64,000 nucleotides of DNA from Epithemia pelagica (Eukaryota; Protista; Bacillariophyta). The stretch covers positions 1,488,001 to 1,552,000 of the forward strand of contig OX337240.1 in NCBI GenBank assembly GCA_946965045.2. Reading direction: 5' to 3'. Under the pieces are notes generated by a model. That model did not search any database, was not told the DNA's origin, and saw only the letters and a program-made list of their open reading frames with translations. The translations under genes and the position numbers were made by a program. Positions 1 to 10,420 of this stretch are shown here, one piece after another (position 1 is the stretch's first letter; each line of letters opens with the position of its first letter).

Positions 1-2399
1 GCTGGGAAAATCTTGGACATCTCCAGTTTCAGGGCTTTACGCCAATAATCCGTTCCAGTTTCACGATCAATCTGGAGAGCTCGTTCCACTGTTTTGGGCA
101 CCTCAATGCCGTATTTTTGGGATTGCCGCATGTATCTTGTAGTCTTTGCTGCTTTGATCAGCCTCGTTCTCCTTCGTAGAGTGAACGGTACCCACCATGC
201 AAACGCGGGTTCTTTTTCTAGTTTGTTCGCAACAGCATACTCAGCGACTTCGATAGGATACGATTCTTTGAGATCCTTCAGGGCCTCCCAACTTGAGGAG
301 CCGTCCTTCCATTTAATACATAAGAACCAGCCTCTCGTTGTCTTCTTCTTGTGTTTTCGTCCGTTCAATTCGAATTCGCCATCCGATATGGGCACAGCTG
401 TCTTGTCTGCTTTGTGATCGGTGATTTCCTCCACCATACGATACAAATTGCCCTCATCATCGAGTTGCTCGTAAATATTTTCGGCAATAAGATTTGCCGC
501 ATAGGACTGTACATGGCCATCGTCGAATTCAACTTCATAGAGGGTCGTATCCAGATAGGGATTTGTCGAGGCATGTCCGACGACCCGACCCTCTGCATCG
601 CGTTTCCTTCTTCTAACCGTCCCCTTTCGTTGGTCATCCCCAAGAGGCAGCATAACTTTAGCTGAAATGAGTTTATCGTATGCATCGGGTGCATAGGCAT
701 CGGCTTCTGGCATCCGAACATCTGGTTGTTCGTCATCTTCGTAGGCCTCAAAGGTAGGCGTGTCAGCCTCATTATCGTCTTCATCAGCGATGGGGATACC
801 GGCCATTCGATTCCCAAGGGCAGCTTTCAGGTTTTCCATATATAAAGCCTGCTGAGCTTTATGTGCGTCATCCATTTGTGATTCTCGGTGGATTGGCCAT
901 ACGGAGGTTCGATGAACTATCTTTCCTTTGTCAGTAAAGACTTTGGCACACATTGCCTGCCCAACGGTATGACTTGGTCCCAGCCAGCGGCCCAATTTGC
1001 GACCCTCAAAGCCAGGGTTACTATACCAAACAAAATCAAACCATCGATGTTCAACGAGGTGGGAAATATCTGGCGTATCGCCAGTGAGTTGCTGAATGGG
1101 CGGACCATTCACATTGCTTCCAAAACTCGTGTGGGAGCGTCGTTCCGCCATTAGCATGAGACAATGGTCCCACAACACAGCTGGAGCGTTACTACGCCTC
1201 ATTTCGCGTCGGTAGAGGCGCTTCAATTCTCTGATATTGGCCTCAGCCAGGTTTTGGTTTGGAGTCCAGGCTTCCACAGGTTTAATGCGGCATCCGTATT
1301 TGTGGGCTACCTTCCGAAATTCTTGCGAGGTTAATTCTGGCGCGTTGTCAGGAATTATATGGTTGAAAATGCCGTAACTGTCGAAGACAGATGGCAACGT
1401 TGTCGGAGCTTCGCTTTTCTTTCGCATAGGGACGAAATGGACCCAGCCAAAGTCTGTGGCAAAGATCTGCCCGCATGTATGTTGATCAAGCGATTTCGTC
1501 TCAGAAAACAGTGTATCGGTGTACACATCTGCTCTCAGTCGGCGATGCCGCAGTTGGTATGCCGTGTGTTTCAAACGGCGACTCCCTCCTTGATCAGTAA
1601 ACTCTCGGACACCCAACTGTGTCGTCTGCTGGAATGTCCGCTCAGCGCTAGGAAGTCCAATACTCCATCGCTGTGCCAATTCATCTGGACGTACTGTCCC
1701 CTTTCGCCTATGTCCAATATCTGATACATGGACATGAATGGCGCGATTATTCACTCGTAGTGTCTTTGTCATTGCAAGGTTGATCGTCCGCTCACGCTTT
1801 TCTTCTGAGGCGTTCACTTGTACTGAATCCCGGAGTGCCCTTTCATCAACGTCAGGTGTTGAGTCATTCGGTTGCCACTCAGGTCTTTCATTCGTCATGT
1901 CGATTCGGCAAGAAGGATCTATTGTTTCAATCTCTTCTTTCGTGGGCTTGCGCGTGCGGAATTGGCTTAGAACGCCAACAAGGTCGAGTGGAATGCGCAA
2001 TTCTCCCATTTCGTTGTCCCTTGCAATGATACTGTGGGATCGTTGGGTTCGGTCCCCTGCTTTCAAATATTTCAACGGAAAATCGTTGACTTCAATACCG
2101 GCCTCCCTCATTTGATTCGGGTTAAGGAGGCATTTGTCTTTTAATTGTGGTAGATGTAGAGCTTGATGAAAATAAAGAAGGAACGTTTGGCCTGTTTCCA
2201 GGTCGTCATATGCCAATACACCAGTAATTACACCGGCCTCTTTAATCTTGCCAAGACTCTCAACAAAACCACTGACATCAGCCGTATCTGTCTGATACAG
2301 AACATAGCATTCAGATCCCAGACAGCATGTATCCGCATGACTGTCGAGTTCACACCTGATTAGGGGAACTGAGATCTCACGAGAAGTTGTCGCAGACAT
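1..2399 (-). CDS. pol: Pol polyprotein (protease, integrase, chromodomain-like region), open to the window edge
   Basis: Manual translation from ATG 2399 is open for 799 codons and runs off position 1, which is why the ORF track omits it. Motifs: RCELDSHADTCC; VYTDTLF; PDNAPEL; PNQNLAEANIRELKR; LGRWLGPSHTVG; YEVEFDDG; LCIKWKDGSSSWEAL..LKESYPIEVAEYA; KYGIEVPKTVERALQID..TG.DYWRKA. Confidence 0.9.
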   Translation of the reverse strand, partial: MSATTSREISVPLIRCELDSHADTCCLGSECYVLYQTDTADVSGFVESLGKIKEAGVITGVLAYDDLETGQTFLLYFHQALHLPQLKDKCLLNPNQMREAGIEVNDFPLKYLKAGDRTQRSHSIIARDNEMGELRIPLDLVGVLSQFRTRKPTKEEIETIDPSCRIDMTNERPEWQPNDSTPDVDERALRDSVQVNASEEKRERTINLAMTKTLRVNNRAIHVHVSDIGHRRKGTVRPDELAQRWSIGLPSAERTFQQTTQLGVREFTDQGGSRRLKHTAYQLRHRRLRADVYTDTLFSETKSLDQHTCGQIFATDFGWVHFVPMRKKSEAPTTLPSVFDSYGIFNHIIPDNAPELTSQEFRKVAHKYGCRIKPVEAWTPNQNLAEANIRELKRLYRREMRRSNAPAVLWDHCLMLMAERRSHTSFGSNVNGPPIQQLTGDTPDISHLVEHRWFDFVWYSNPGFEGRKLGRWLGPSHTVGQAMCAKVFTDKGKIVHRTSVWPIHRESQMDDAHKAQQALYMENLKAALGNRMAGIPIADEDDNEADTPTFEAYEDDEQPDVRMPEADAYAPDAYDKLISAKVMLPLGDDQRKGTVRRRKRDAEGRVVGHASTNPYLDTTLYEVEFDDGHVQSYAANLIAENIYEQLDDEGNLYRMVEEITDHKADKTAVPISDGEFELNGRKHKKKTTRGWFLCIKWKDGSSSWEALKDLKESYPIEVAEYAVANKLEKEPAFAWWVPFTLRRRTRLIKAAKTTRYMRQSQKYGIEVPKTVERALQIDRETGTDYWRKALKLEMSKIFP

Positions 2400-2408
2400 C
2401 ACACTATG

Positions 2409-3836
2409 TCAAACGTTTCTCCTTTTACGTTGGCTCATGATAGCGCCGACACCCTTTGTGTCGTTATCGTGGCTCTCAGACGATTCATCCGAAATGTTGG
2501 GTGTTTCGTCTCCATCATTTTGACGAGGCTTCTCGTTGGGCTTGCTGGAAATAGCCCCAACTCCTCTTCGTTTATCACGCTTTTCTCTGGCGTCACGTAC
2601 TCTTTGACGTTCCTCGCCACTGAGCTTAGCCCATTCGTTGGGTTTATAATAGCGGTCTGTTATTTCTTTCTCTTTCTAGTTTTCATTTTTCTTATTATTC
2701 TTTCCACCACCTTTGTTGGGCGTGGAAGTAGATACACCAGAGATTCTTGCTTGTTTCCGACTTGCTGCGCTATAGGAAACCTTGCTATCAAGGACTTCCG
2801 CAAGGAAATTTGACGCATTCTCAAAGGTAGAGCGCAGAAATGGTGTTGCCAGGATTTGATTCTTGGCACTCTCAAGGCGAGAGTCAGAAGTTCCTGTCAT
2901 CAGGATTCTCACCTTTCGCTCTTCGCTTACGGTCTCTCCTGTTGATTCGAGATCCGTAAATGCTCGTTGGAGAGTTTCGATGTAACGCTCGTACGTGTAG
3001 TTACGCTTGGACCCGTCATAATAGGTGCTCTCAAGGATTTGATCAGCCTTAGCCCGAAGACGTGACTGAAAGGCATCGCCGAGATAGTGGGATTTGAGAG
3101 CTAAATAAGAGGCTCGTCCATTGCGAGTGCGTGCAAAAGACATCACCCAACCCCAGCCAGGGCCATCATGTGTAACATGGCGGATCGTCTCCCATACAGC
3201 AATCATGTCCGTTGTAGCTGTTGGGCCTTCATGTGATGCTCGACGAATCATCTCAGATAGAATGGTTGGTGTTCCAAAGCCATTCGGATCAGTTGCTTCT
3301 GGTTCCACAACAGGATTCGCTCGTACATATGCGGCAAGTGGAATGCCACTCACTCCACGTTTGCGTTCGAAGTAATTGTCCAAATCCTCTAGGACAACGC
3401 GAATATTGTCTACACTGGTGAGTTTCCCAGGTAGTTCGACATCATTGTCGTATTCGTCTTCAGCTTCCTTGAATCGATAGAGCAGATTCAGGTCATTCAT
3501 CGTTGGTGGAACCGCAGCGAAGGTGCGGTTTATTTTCCCGATATGCACGATATAATAACGAAGCATCTTCAGTTTCTTCTCGACCAGGTGTCCAATGAGC
3601 ACTCCTGGATTAGCAATCATTGCTGGCACACCAGCTGGATCTGGGTTCAGGATGAGGCCACCCGGTTTACGGGCATTGGTACAAATTTCAGCGACATCTG
3701 CTTTGCTAAGAGCCTCAAAATCATAGACGGAGGTTAGACCTTGCCCGTTGATTGCAGTACGAACTGCTGGATCGGTGATCTGCAATACAACGTCCATGTA
3801 GACGTTGAGCAGTTGCATAGGATTGGCGGCTGCCAT
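2409..3836 (-). pseudogene. gag: CoDi Gag with an internal TAG (2678-2676); true terminator is TGA at 2411-2409
   Basis: ATG 3836 (MAAANPMQLL...). The frame stays open for 88 more codons after the TAG (KEKEITDRYYKPNEWAKLSGEERQRV...), a typical CoDi Gag C-terminal motif, so the TAG at codon 387 looks like a nonsense mutation. Confidence 0.75.
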
Positions 3837-4288
3837 GGTTGCGAGGACTCTCTTTCTTTTTCGGACTCGTTCAGACTTTCCAGCGAAGTGAGGTTTTCTT
3901 CTTTGGGGAATTTTCACGTCATGGTCTCAGTTCTACTTGCGAGCGAGCGGTAGAATCGGAGTTGGAGAGCTTGCATGGTGTGCTAGGACGGCGCACGTCA
4001 TTTAAGTAATGAACATGTCCGTATAGCTGCATCCTCAACGGCAGGATGTTCGGCGCGTCCGCCATTGCCCGGTGTGTGCGCATACGCGGACCACACACCA
4101 CATTCATCCATCTCGAGCCCCGTTGCAGGCGAGATATTATTGAGATGAACGGGAGTACAGGTGTCCAACCTTGGGCAGTCATTCTTCCAAGCGAATGATC
4201 TAGATATTTCGCGACCTTCCCAGGCCATGGTGGGTATAGCATCTCATTAGTCATTGCATTGTGGGTCTGATAAACCAAATTACGATCG

Positions 4289-4846
4289 TGTGTCTAAGTG
4301 AAAAACTGAAATAGTGAGCTATAAGCTACGCGTCCCTCATGGGTTAGCTACTCGCCCAAAATTCGCTTAATATCAGTCGCCTTTCTTGAATGGATATGGG
4401 CGAAATTGGAAATTGGCCGGAACTTTGCTGGCAAGTTGGAAGTTGGTTGGTACCCATTTAGGCCCCAACGAAGATCATGCCCACGTACTCGCACGAGTAT
4501 TGTACGCACGAATCTGGTCTCGCGGGAGTGTTGGTCATATGCCCTGAATGGCATGATCATTTCCCGGTCATATTAAATGACTTTTATCATATCAGAAAGA
4601 CTGATACAATCTCATTGGGTCTTGATCATTATTTTGGCAACTTTCTTTTTTTAAAGTACACACTTGCACTCATATTTTTCAGTACTCAACCAGCTTGCTT
4701 TTTGCTGTCCCTTGCCCCCCAGGATCCACGATACAATACGAGTACTCGTTACCCTCATTATTTGAGTATGAGTAGGAGTATTGGCATCTGGGAACTGTGA
4801 ATCTTCATGCTTCCCAATCGTGAGTGTCTTGATAAATCTCAACACA
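4289..4846 (-). repeat. Candidate 5' LTR of the left copia element
   Basis: On the minus strand it begins TGTGTTGAG and ends CTTAGACACA (TGTGT/ACACA terminal IR), followed by a PBS-like TTGGTTTATCAGACC at ~4279-4265. The partner LTR is outside the window, so this cannot be confirmed. Confidence 0.3.
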
Positions 4847-4971
4847 GGTGATGTACCAATTGGCGCTTCGAACGACTGGTAGCCCTCCCCAGCCCATGCC
4901 CTTCATTGTTCCTGATTTCAGTCATAAAATTGATAGAGATCCAAACGAGATTGCCCTCAACCCGTTCAACG

Positions 4972-5742
4972 ATGCTTGTCAACCAACGATCCGCCTACGC
5001 CAAGGCTGAAGCCATTGCTGCCAAGGAAATGCGCAGGAAGGCATTGCGTGAAAAGAAACAAAAGCTTCTCGAAGAAAGTAGCTGTTGCAACTCTGACGAG
5101 TGTACCACTTCTACTACGTTCTCGGAAAGTACAAGCCTCGTATCATGTCCATCCTCTCCCTTGTTGACGAGTCGAAAGCCATCCATTATTGGGTCCCCCA
5201 AGAAGGCAGGAAAAGAGAATTCCATGCTGCGCCGTCGCCAAGATTTGGAAGAACAAGCAGATGCTCTGTTGCAAGGCATCCGTCGTGAGATGAAAGCTCT
5301 TCGTCAGTTCAAGGTTGATTTCCAAGCCGTCATTGAGGTTCATGTTGACCGGGCCAAGGCACGTCATATCGCTCAAAATAGAACTGGAGCTTTGATTTCC
5401 TTGCGACGAATTAAAAGAACGCAAATGGAATTGCTGCATCTGGATGAAGCTATGGTTTACCTCTGTGAACAGGAGGCTAAGATTGGAAATGTCCTCAAGT
5501 CTCAGAGCAATGAGAAGAATGCTATGTACTGCAAGGAACTTGAAGACTTGTGCAAGATGAAGATTTCGGATCATGTGGCCCAGGTCAAACAAATGTTGGC
5601 ATCCACATCATCTTCGCTGGAATCTATGTCTAGCACTGGTGAAAAGAAAGATTGCTCTTCCTCTGAGGAATGCTCAGACGAGGACCTATTTCAAGAATTT
5701 GCTTCGATGCTTTCAGAAGCCGCCGCAAGTCCAAGTCAGTAG
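4972..5742 (+). CDS. Coiled-coil protein with a Snf7/ESCRT-III-like core
   Basis: First ATG 4972. AKARHIAQNRTGALISLRRIKRTQMELLHLDEAMVYLCEQEAKI resembles the CHMP4/Snf7 alpha1-alpha2 hairpin (AKKHGTKNKRAALQALKRKK...). Acidic C-terminal tail. Confidence 0.55.
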   Translation: MLVNQRSAYAKAEAIAAKEMRRKALREKKQKLLEESSCCNSDECTTSTTFSESTSLVSCPSSPLLTSRKPSIIGSPKKAGKENSMLRRRQDLEEQADALLQGIRREMKALRQFKVDFQAVIEVHVDRAKARHIAQNRTGALISLRRIKRTQMELLHLDEAMVYLCEQEAKIGNVLKSQSNEKNAMYCKELEDLCKMKISDHVAQVKQMLASTSSSLESMSSTGEKKDCSSSEECSDEDLFQEFASMLSEAAASPSQ

Positions 5743-6483
5743 ACATATCCCCTACAATCTTTCGTATCCTTCCACACATGGACAAAACAACATACTTCGA
5801 TTTTGATTTCAATTTTGACAATCGCTCCACGTCGAGCCACACGCCCAAGAACACTTGATGTATTGACGGATTATGTTTATTCCATGTTTACAATGCCCAT
5901 ACAAATCAATTCTTCAAATGAGAAGAGGGAGAAGATTCAATGTTCGTGATGGATCCCAAAGCCCTACTCCCAAGATTGTTTTGCCTCTCTTCTCTTCTGA
6001 AATTGGTATTCTCATCTATCTATTCCCCTATTAGTATCTGAAAAATCATGGTTCACGTTGCCAATTGCGACTGACATTTGTAGAACATCGGAATTATATC
6101 GAAGTGATGTTGCAGTCAAGACTCCCCCTCTCCCAACCAAGTTGAACAAGTCCTGTGGCTATACCAATACGAGTGTATAGTGGTAGGGAAATATGAAATC
6201 TTAACTGTACTACGAGAGTAGAGTACGGAAAATACTCTGGGGGCAAGATCATCCACTGCCCTCTGATTGATGCTCGTATCCCCGCTTAAACCAGCCGACT
6301 CGGGGATATTGCGCGCGACACTTCTGCGATTGCGCTCGCAACAACAACACGCCACAGTCCCTGCGCAAAAGAAAGGAAGCAATTCTGGATTCTGGACTCT
6401 GGACAGGAGGAAACCGACGTCTACGAGTACGTCTTGGCATTACGAGCTGAATTACTTAATCTGCTGGTGTATTTGACCGAATC

Positions 6484-7128
6484 ATGGGGAGAAGGGCAAA
6501 AAAACAAGCGGTATGTACGAGAGGACCCACCGGAGGAGTATGCTACGTGCCTTCCACTGTTGCTTTGTTTGATCAACAGGTGCTGATTCTATACCCTCAT
6601 CCGTCAACGAAACTAACCAACTTCTCCCTCTCTCTGACTCCTGTTTTCGATTCCTTCTTTTGTGCATCACAGGTCGTTACAAAAAAGAAACCTAAATTGG
6701 CGAAACTATTCAAATGCCCGTTCTGTTCCAATGATGAAGCTGTGGAATGCAAAATGGACTTCAAAATGAATATTGGAAGTTTGAGCTGCCGCATTTGTGG
6801 AGCTGCGTATCAGATGCCGATTCATCATTTGCATGAACCGATTGATGTGTTTAGTGAATGGTTGGATGATTGCGAAGCAGCTGCCAATCCGCATCGAAAT
6901 GCCGCCGCCAATTCTGCTACCGATGCTGCTGCGCCGCAATATGCCGAAGAGGGAGAAGATGAACTTCTCGACGACGACGATGACGAATTGCAAGGATCAG
7001 GGTTATCGGGACCAGCACGGGCACAATCCAACAAAAAACCAGCCGCAGCCTCCAACAGCAAATCTTCAAACAACAACAGGTCCATTGATTTAGGGTTGTC
7101 GTCCGATGAGGACGATGACGATGAATAG
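6484..7128 (+). CDS. ELF1: Transcription elongation factor Elf1/ELOF1 (join 6484-6510, 6673-7128; ~160 aa)
   Basis: MGRRAKK, then KPKLAKLFKCPFCS...C.ICG...EPIDVFSEWLDDCE zinc ribbon and an acidic tail. Intron 6511-6672 runs GTATGT...CAG with a CTAAC branch site near 6613. Confidence 0.93.
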   Translation: MGRRAKKQAVCTRGPTGGVCYVPSTVALFDQQVLILYPHPSTKLTNFSLSLTPVFDSFFCASQVVTKKKPKLAKLFKCPFCSNDEAVECKMDFKMNIGSLSCRICGAAYQMPIHHLHEPIDVFSEWLDDCEAAANPHRNAAANSATDAAAPQYAEEGEDELLDDDDDELQGSGLSGPARAQSNKKPAAASNSKSSNNNRSIDLGLSSDEDDDDE

Positions 7129-7429
7129 CAGCAGCTCACAACTATCCACTCTTTCTTGCCTGTCAAAATGACAGCAGAGGATGGATTCTTTTGCTAGCTT
7201 GCTACTGTGCTTATAGTCTCTCTACATAACCTTGTTAAAGGGAGTATTTCTTGTGGGGAAAAAACAAAGATCTCTGTCGACTGCGGTTGGCATACATTTG
7301 GCATCTTGGTGACAGTAAGACTTTATGGGACACATTAAATTTTCCGTATGTTCTTAAGTCGTGAAAGTGTATGGTCCAGCAGATTGGTTGTATACTGCTT
7401 AAGACATCCTCGTGTGTGGCCGTTTCTGT

Positions 7430-9358
7430 TCATTCGTACTGTGGGAGGAGCACTTTGTTGCATTCACCCTTGTCTCTCCACCATTGGGCAATGCTTCTGT
7501 ACGAGGAGGCTGCATCTTGATGGCTCTTGTTGGGCCGATCATTCGTGTCATGAAGTTTCTCACACAGTCGACAAAAGGACTGTGCAAAGTTTGCCATTCG
7601 ATCGGCCTTGTCAAATGACTGGGGACTCAGTGAGTAGTGGTCTTTCCACCAAAAATAAGACAAGTACTCTGTAGGATGGTTCGCCAAGTAATGGAGCTGG
7701 GCCGCCAATTGTTTTGGGGAAATAACTTTTGGATCTTCTCTTGTTTGATTGCGTGCTTTTTTGCCACCCAACAGTGCCGATTGATTTTCATGGTCCATAA
7801 TGTTAATGTATGAATGCGGGGGAGCTACATGGCGGTAATTCGCTTGTCCCATGACGATGACCACCATTTTGTGCATGCGCGCAAATAACTTTTCTGTCAC
7901 ATAATCATTGCAAAAGGCATTTTCAAAACCCAAATAGAATTTAAAGTCCCGTTCCACCTCCTCAAAGACGGACTGATCACTGTAATTCTTCCGAGTAATC
8001 CCGGCCTTGGACTCCGTAGTCCTTTTGTCGGACGGGCGACGTCCAACAAAACTACCATTTCTGGAATCTCCACAATAACCCAAAACCGTCACATTAATAT
8101 ACTTTTGCAATTCCTGGACGTATTCTTCTCGGTGCGAATGGGTGTTGCAATTCGAGACAACCCATGCCACTTGACCGGGTCGATTCGCCAAGGCATGAAA
8201 CTCCTTAGGACGATGCGGCAGACTTTGTCGAAAGGCCGATGCATTGTAGGGTATCCAGTCACCCTCCTCACGCAATCGGGGATAGAAGGTGTCGGTGGAG
8301 GAGACAACCGAAGTGGACCGATCCTGCTCTTGTCGATTTCCACCTCCAGTACGACCGGTCGACAACCGCTGCGACGCTTGTTCTTGAAACCATCCATACG
8401 GTCGTGGAATATCACTGTCCCAACGGTACGTCATGGTCCAATTGAAAAAGTGAGGATCGTCAAAGTGAGTGGTTTGCAAGTACCGATTTTGATTGTGGAG
8501 AGGACTTTCCATGTGTACCAAGACAAAGCGTTGATGGGGACGTCGCCACACTTGTGAAGTCGCGGCTCTATCCGCCCCTTCCCCCAATGGATGGAACAAG
8601 ACGGCATCAAATTGGGAGAGATTGTACCTATGTCGATCCTCGTATCGAACCGTCCTATAGTAACAATCCTGGACTGGACAGGCAGCGTCGATAAAGGGTG
8701 CTTCACCCGATGATCCAGGCAGCACACCCACATATCTGTTTTGCCGAGGCGTGGTCGAATAAAAGGCAATGAATTTGGTTTGATTGGTTCGTCGGTATTG
8801 GTGTAAATCAATAACGGATGGTACTGGTGGGCCTTGAATGGTTGGTCGTGGGATGAAATGCCTCTTGTGTGATTGAGCATGTCGTAACAAAGAAATGCCG
8901 TTCCCCTGGCCAAACAAGGGTTGAGCTCCCTCTGAAAGGCTGTGTTTTTGGCGGTCCGATCGATTGGTTTGAGAGACTGATGTCAGTGTCAGTCTTTCTC
9001 GTTCCGTGTCACTGTTCTGCATGGAGTCATTGTTTTTCACGTAGTTTATTGTGACATTGGTTTTAGTGGTTTCCACATGAAGTTTGTGCTGAGTGGTTTC
9101 CGGCGCTCGAACTCCCGTTGTGAAGGTTATATCACCTGTCGGGTATTCCGTTGTGAAACCAAGAGCAAGGTTTCGAGAAACCAAAGACATGGAAGATACC
9201 AATGACCAGGCACTCAACGACCCAATCAACCACACACAAAGGCTCTGTCGCCACGCCGAACCACAGCGACGACGACAAGTATTCTTGGTGGTCGGATCAT
9301 CTCCTGCTGCCAATGGAGTGTGCAAAAGTTTTACATGGATCGTGCGGCTCGTTGTCAT
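7430..9358 (-). CDS. Alpha-1,3-fucosyltransferase (GT10), type II membrane protein
   Basis: N-terminal TM segment; FDAVLFH, FFNWTMTYRWDSD, VAWVVSNC, FKFYLGFENAFCNDYVTEKL (alpha-1,3-FucT motif), PPHSYINIMD, YLSYFWWK, FCRLCEKL. Confidence 0.92.
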   Translation of the reverse strand: MTTSRTIHVKLLHTPLAAGDDPTTKNTCRRRCGSAWRQSLCVWLIGSLSAWSLVSSMSLVSRNLALGFTTEYPTGDITFTTGVRAPETTQHKLHVETTKTNVTINYVKNNDSMQNSDTERERLTLTSVSQTNRSDRQKHSLSEGAQPLFGQGNGISLLRHAQSHKRHFIPRPTIQGPPVPSVIDLHQYRRTNQTKFIAFYSTTPRQNRYVGVLPGSSGEAPFIDAACPVQDCYYRTVRYEDRHRYNLSQFDAVLFHPLGEGADRAATSQVWRRPHQRFVLVHMESPLHNQNRYLQTTHFDDPHFFNWTMTYRWDSDIPRPYGWFQEQASQRLSTGRTGGGNRQEQDRSTSVVSSTDTFYPRLREEGDWIPYNASAFRQSLPHRPKEFHALANRPGQVAWVVSNCNTHSHREEYVQELQKYINVTVLGYCGDSRNGSFVGRRPSDKRTTESKAGITRKNYSDQSVFEEVERDFKFYLGFENAFCNDYVTEKLFARMHKMVVIVMGQANYRHVAPPHSYINIMDHENQSALLGGKKARNQTREDPKVISPKQLAAQLHYLANHPTEYLSYFWWKDHYSLSPQSFDKADRMANFAQSFCRLCEKLHDTNDRPNKSHQDAASSYRSIAQWWRDKGECNKVLLPQYE

Positions 9359-9749
9359 TGGTTCGTCACCTTTTCGTCCGTTCGCGCAAGTGTGTTGTTG
9401 TTTCCCCTATATTCCACGGCGAACTGCTCTACTAGCGATTGCATAGGTTTCCAGGTTCCGAGGAAGCAGCAAATGATGACTCGCGCCCCCGTTGGTCTCT
9501 ACTCAAAGAGACAAGAGAACGGCGTCGTTATCGGCAACACTGTTGATGATGAGAAAATGTGAGATCGACCGTTGGAACGAAATTTTAACAGAGACCCTAC
9601 CAGTATCTTTTCCCAATCTAACACAAACCTTGGCCTGGTCGCTGGAGTGTCGCAGAATTGCATGAGTACTTCCGAATTGTGTCTTTTGTCATTTTTATGC
9701 GTGAACAGAAGTGAGAGCTGTATTGTATTGCTTCCATTACCTTTACCCT

Positions 9750-10420
9750 ATATACTCTCATCTCTTGCACCGTTTCCTCTTGACAGGTGTGTGGCAGACT
9801 GAACCTCTAAAGGGATGCCAGATGCCAGTTTCTTTTTCTTGAACTCTTTGGGTTCGAAGAAGGATCGTTTTCTCTCGCCGCTGTTTCTTCGTCGTGACTC
9901 GGTTTCATCTTTTCAGGTTGTACGTTGTTATATCAAAAGACGGCTATCGGTCGCTTCCCTACAACGGGGATGTTGATGGTGCTGTTTGGGCTCTCGTGGA
10001 ATAATTGCTTCGTTCTCTCTGTTTCTTGCGTTTGTGCCGCTCCCGTGCCGAATTGCTGAGTTCACATTCTGGGCGTGGGTCCAACACGTGCTCTCGGCGA
10101 AATGTTTTGGTGTGGCTTTTGTGTGAACCAACAGAATTCCAAAGATCCTCAATCTGGGAGGCGTACTCCTCGTAGGAAGGATAAGACCGTTCATGGTGAT
10201 ACAACTGATCGCGTGTTGTCTGTCTTTCCGGATACTCAAACACCATGTTCAAAGCTGGTAAGACCATACCATGCTGCTGAAGTTTGGTGTCTTTTCCTTT
10301 CTTCCTCAGATTCTTCTTCTTCATAATGGTCCTCGTTGAAATGTGGATTCTGTGTGCTGGTGCCGATAGTGCCTACGAAGGTCTTGATGCGGTTCCATGG
10401 GGTGGATATTTTGTGGAGCA
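9750..10420 (-). pseudogene. Decayed tandem paralog of the N-terminal domain of the 10749-12188 gene (residual ORF 9959-10324)
   Basis: KDTKLQQHGMVLPALNMVFEYPER aligns with RETNLQHHGILIPGINVCLVYPQR, and VGSHKSHTKTFRREH..LSNSARE with AGSHRGGRKHLRQDH..LTHSARQ. Similarity extends across in-frame stops. Ends are approximate. Confidence 0.6.

Larger units (their letters stand above)
1..4846 (-). mobile_element. Ty1/copia LTR retrotransposon, diatom CoDi type with chromodomain-bearing integrase; 3' part (RT/RNaseH, 3' LTR) lies outside the window; right boundary tentative
   Basis: Minus-strand gag (3836-2409) is followed in frame by pol with protease (ELDSHADT), integrase core (YTDT / PDNAPE / QNLAE) and a chromo-like segment (IKWKDGSSSWEALKDLKESYP), i.e. 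copia PR-IN order. Confidence 0.9.

Noticed and set aside
365-817. Track ORFs 365-817 (-), 917-1108 (-) and 2435-2620 (-)
   Set aside because: These are alternative frames overlapping the real gag/pol frame, which the track missed because pol runs off the window without a stop.
2377-2391. Exact 15-mer TCACGAGAAGTTGTC shared with 47657-47671, both close to in-frame TGA codons
   Set aside because: About four 15-mer matches are expected by chance in 64 kb (64000^2/4^15), and the offsets and frames relative to the stops differ. Worth rechecking only if readthrough is shown at both sites.
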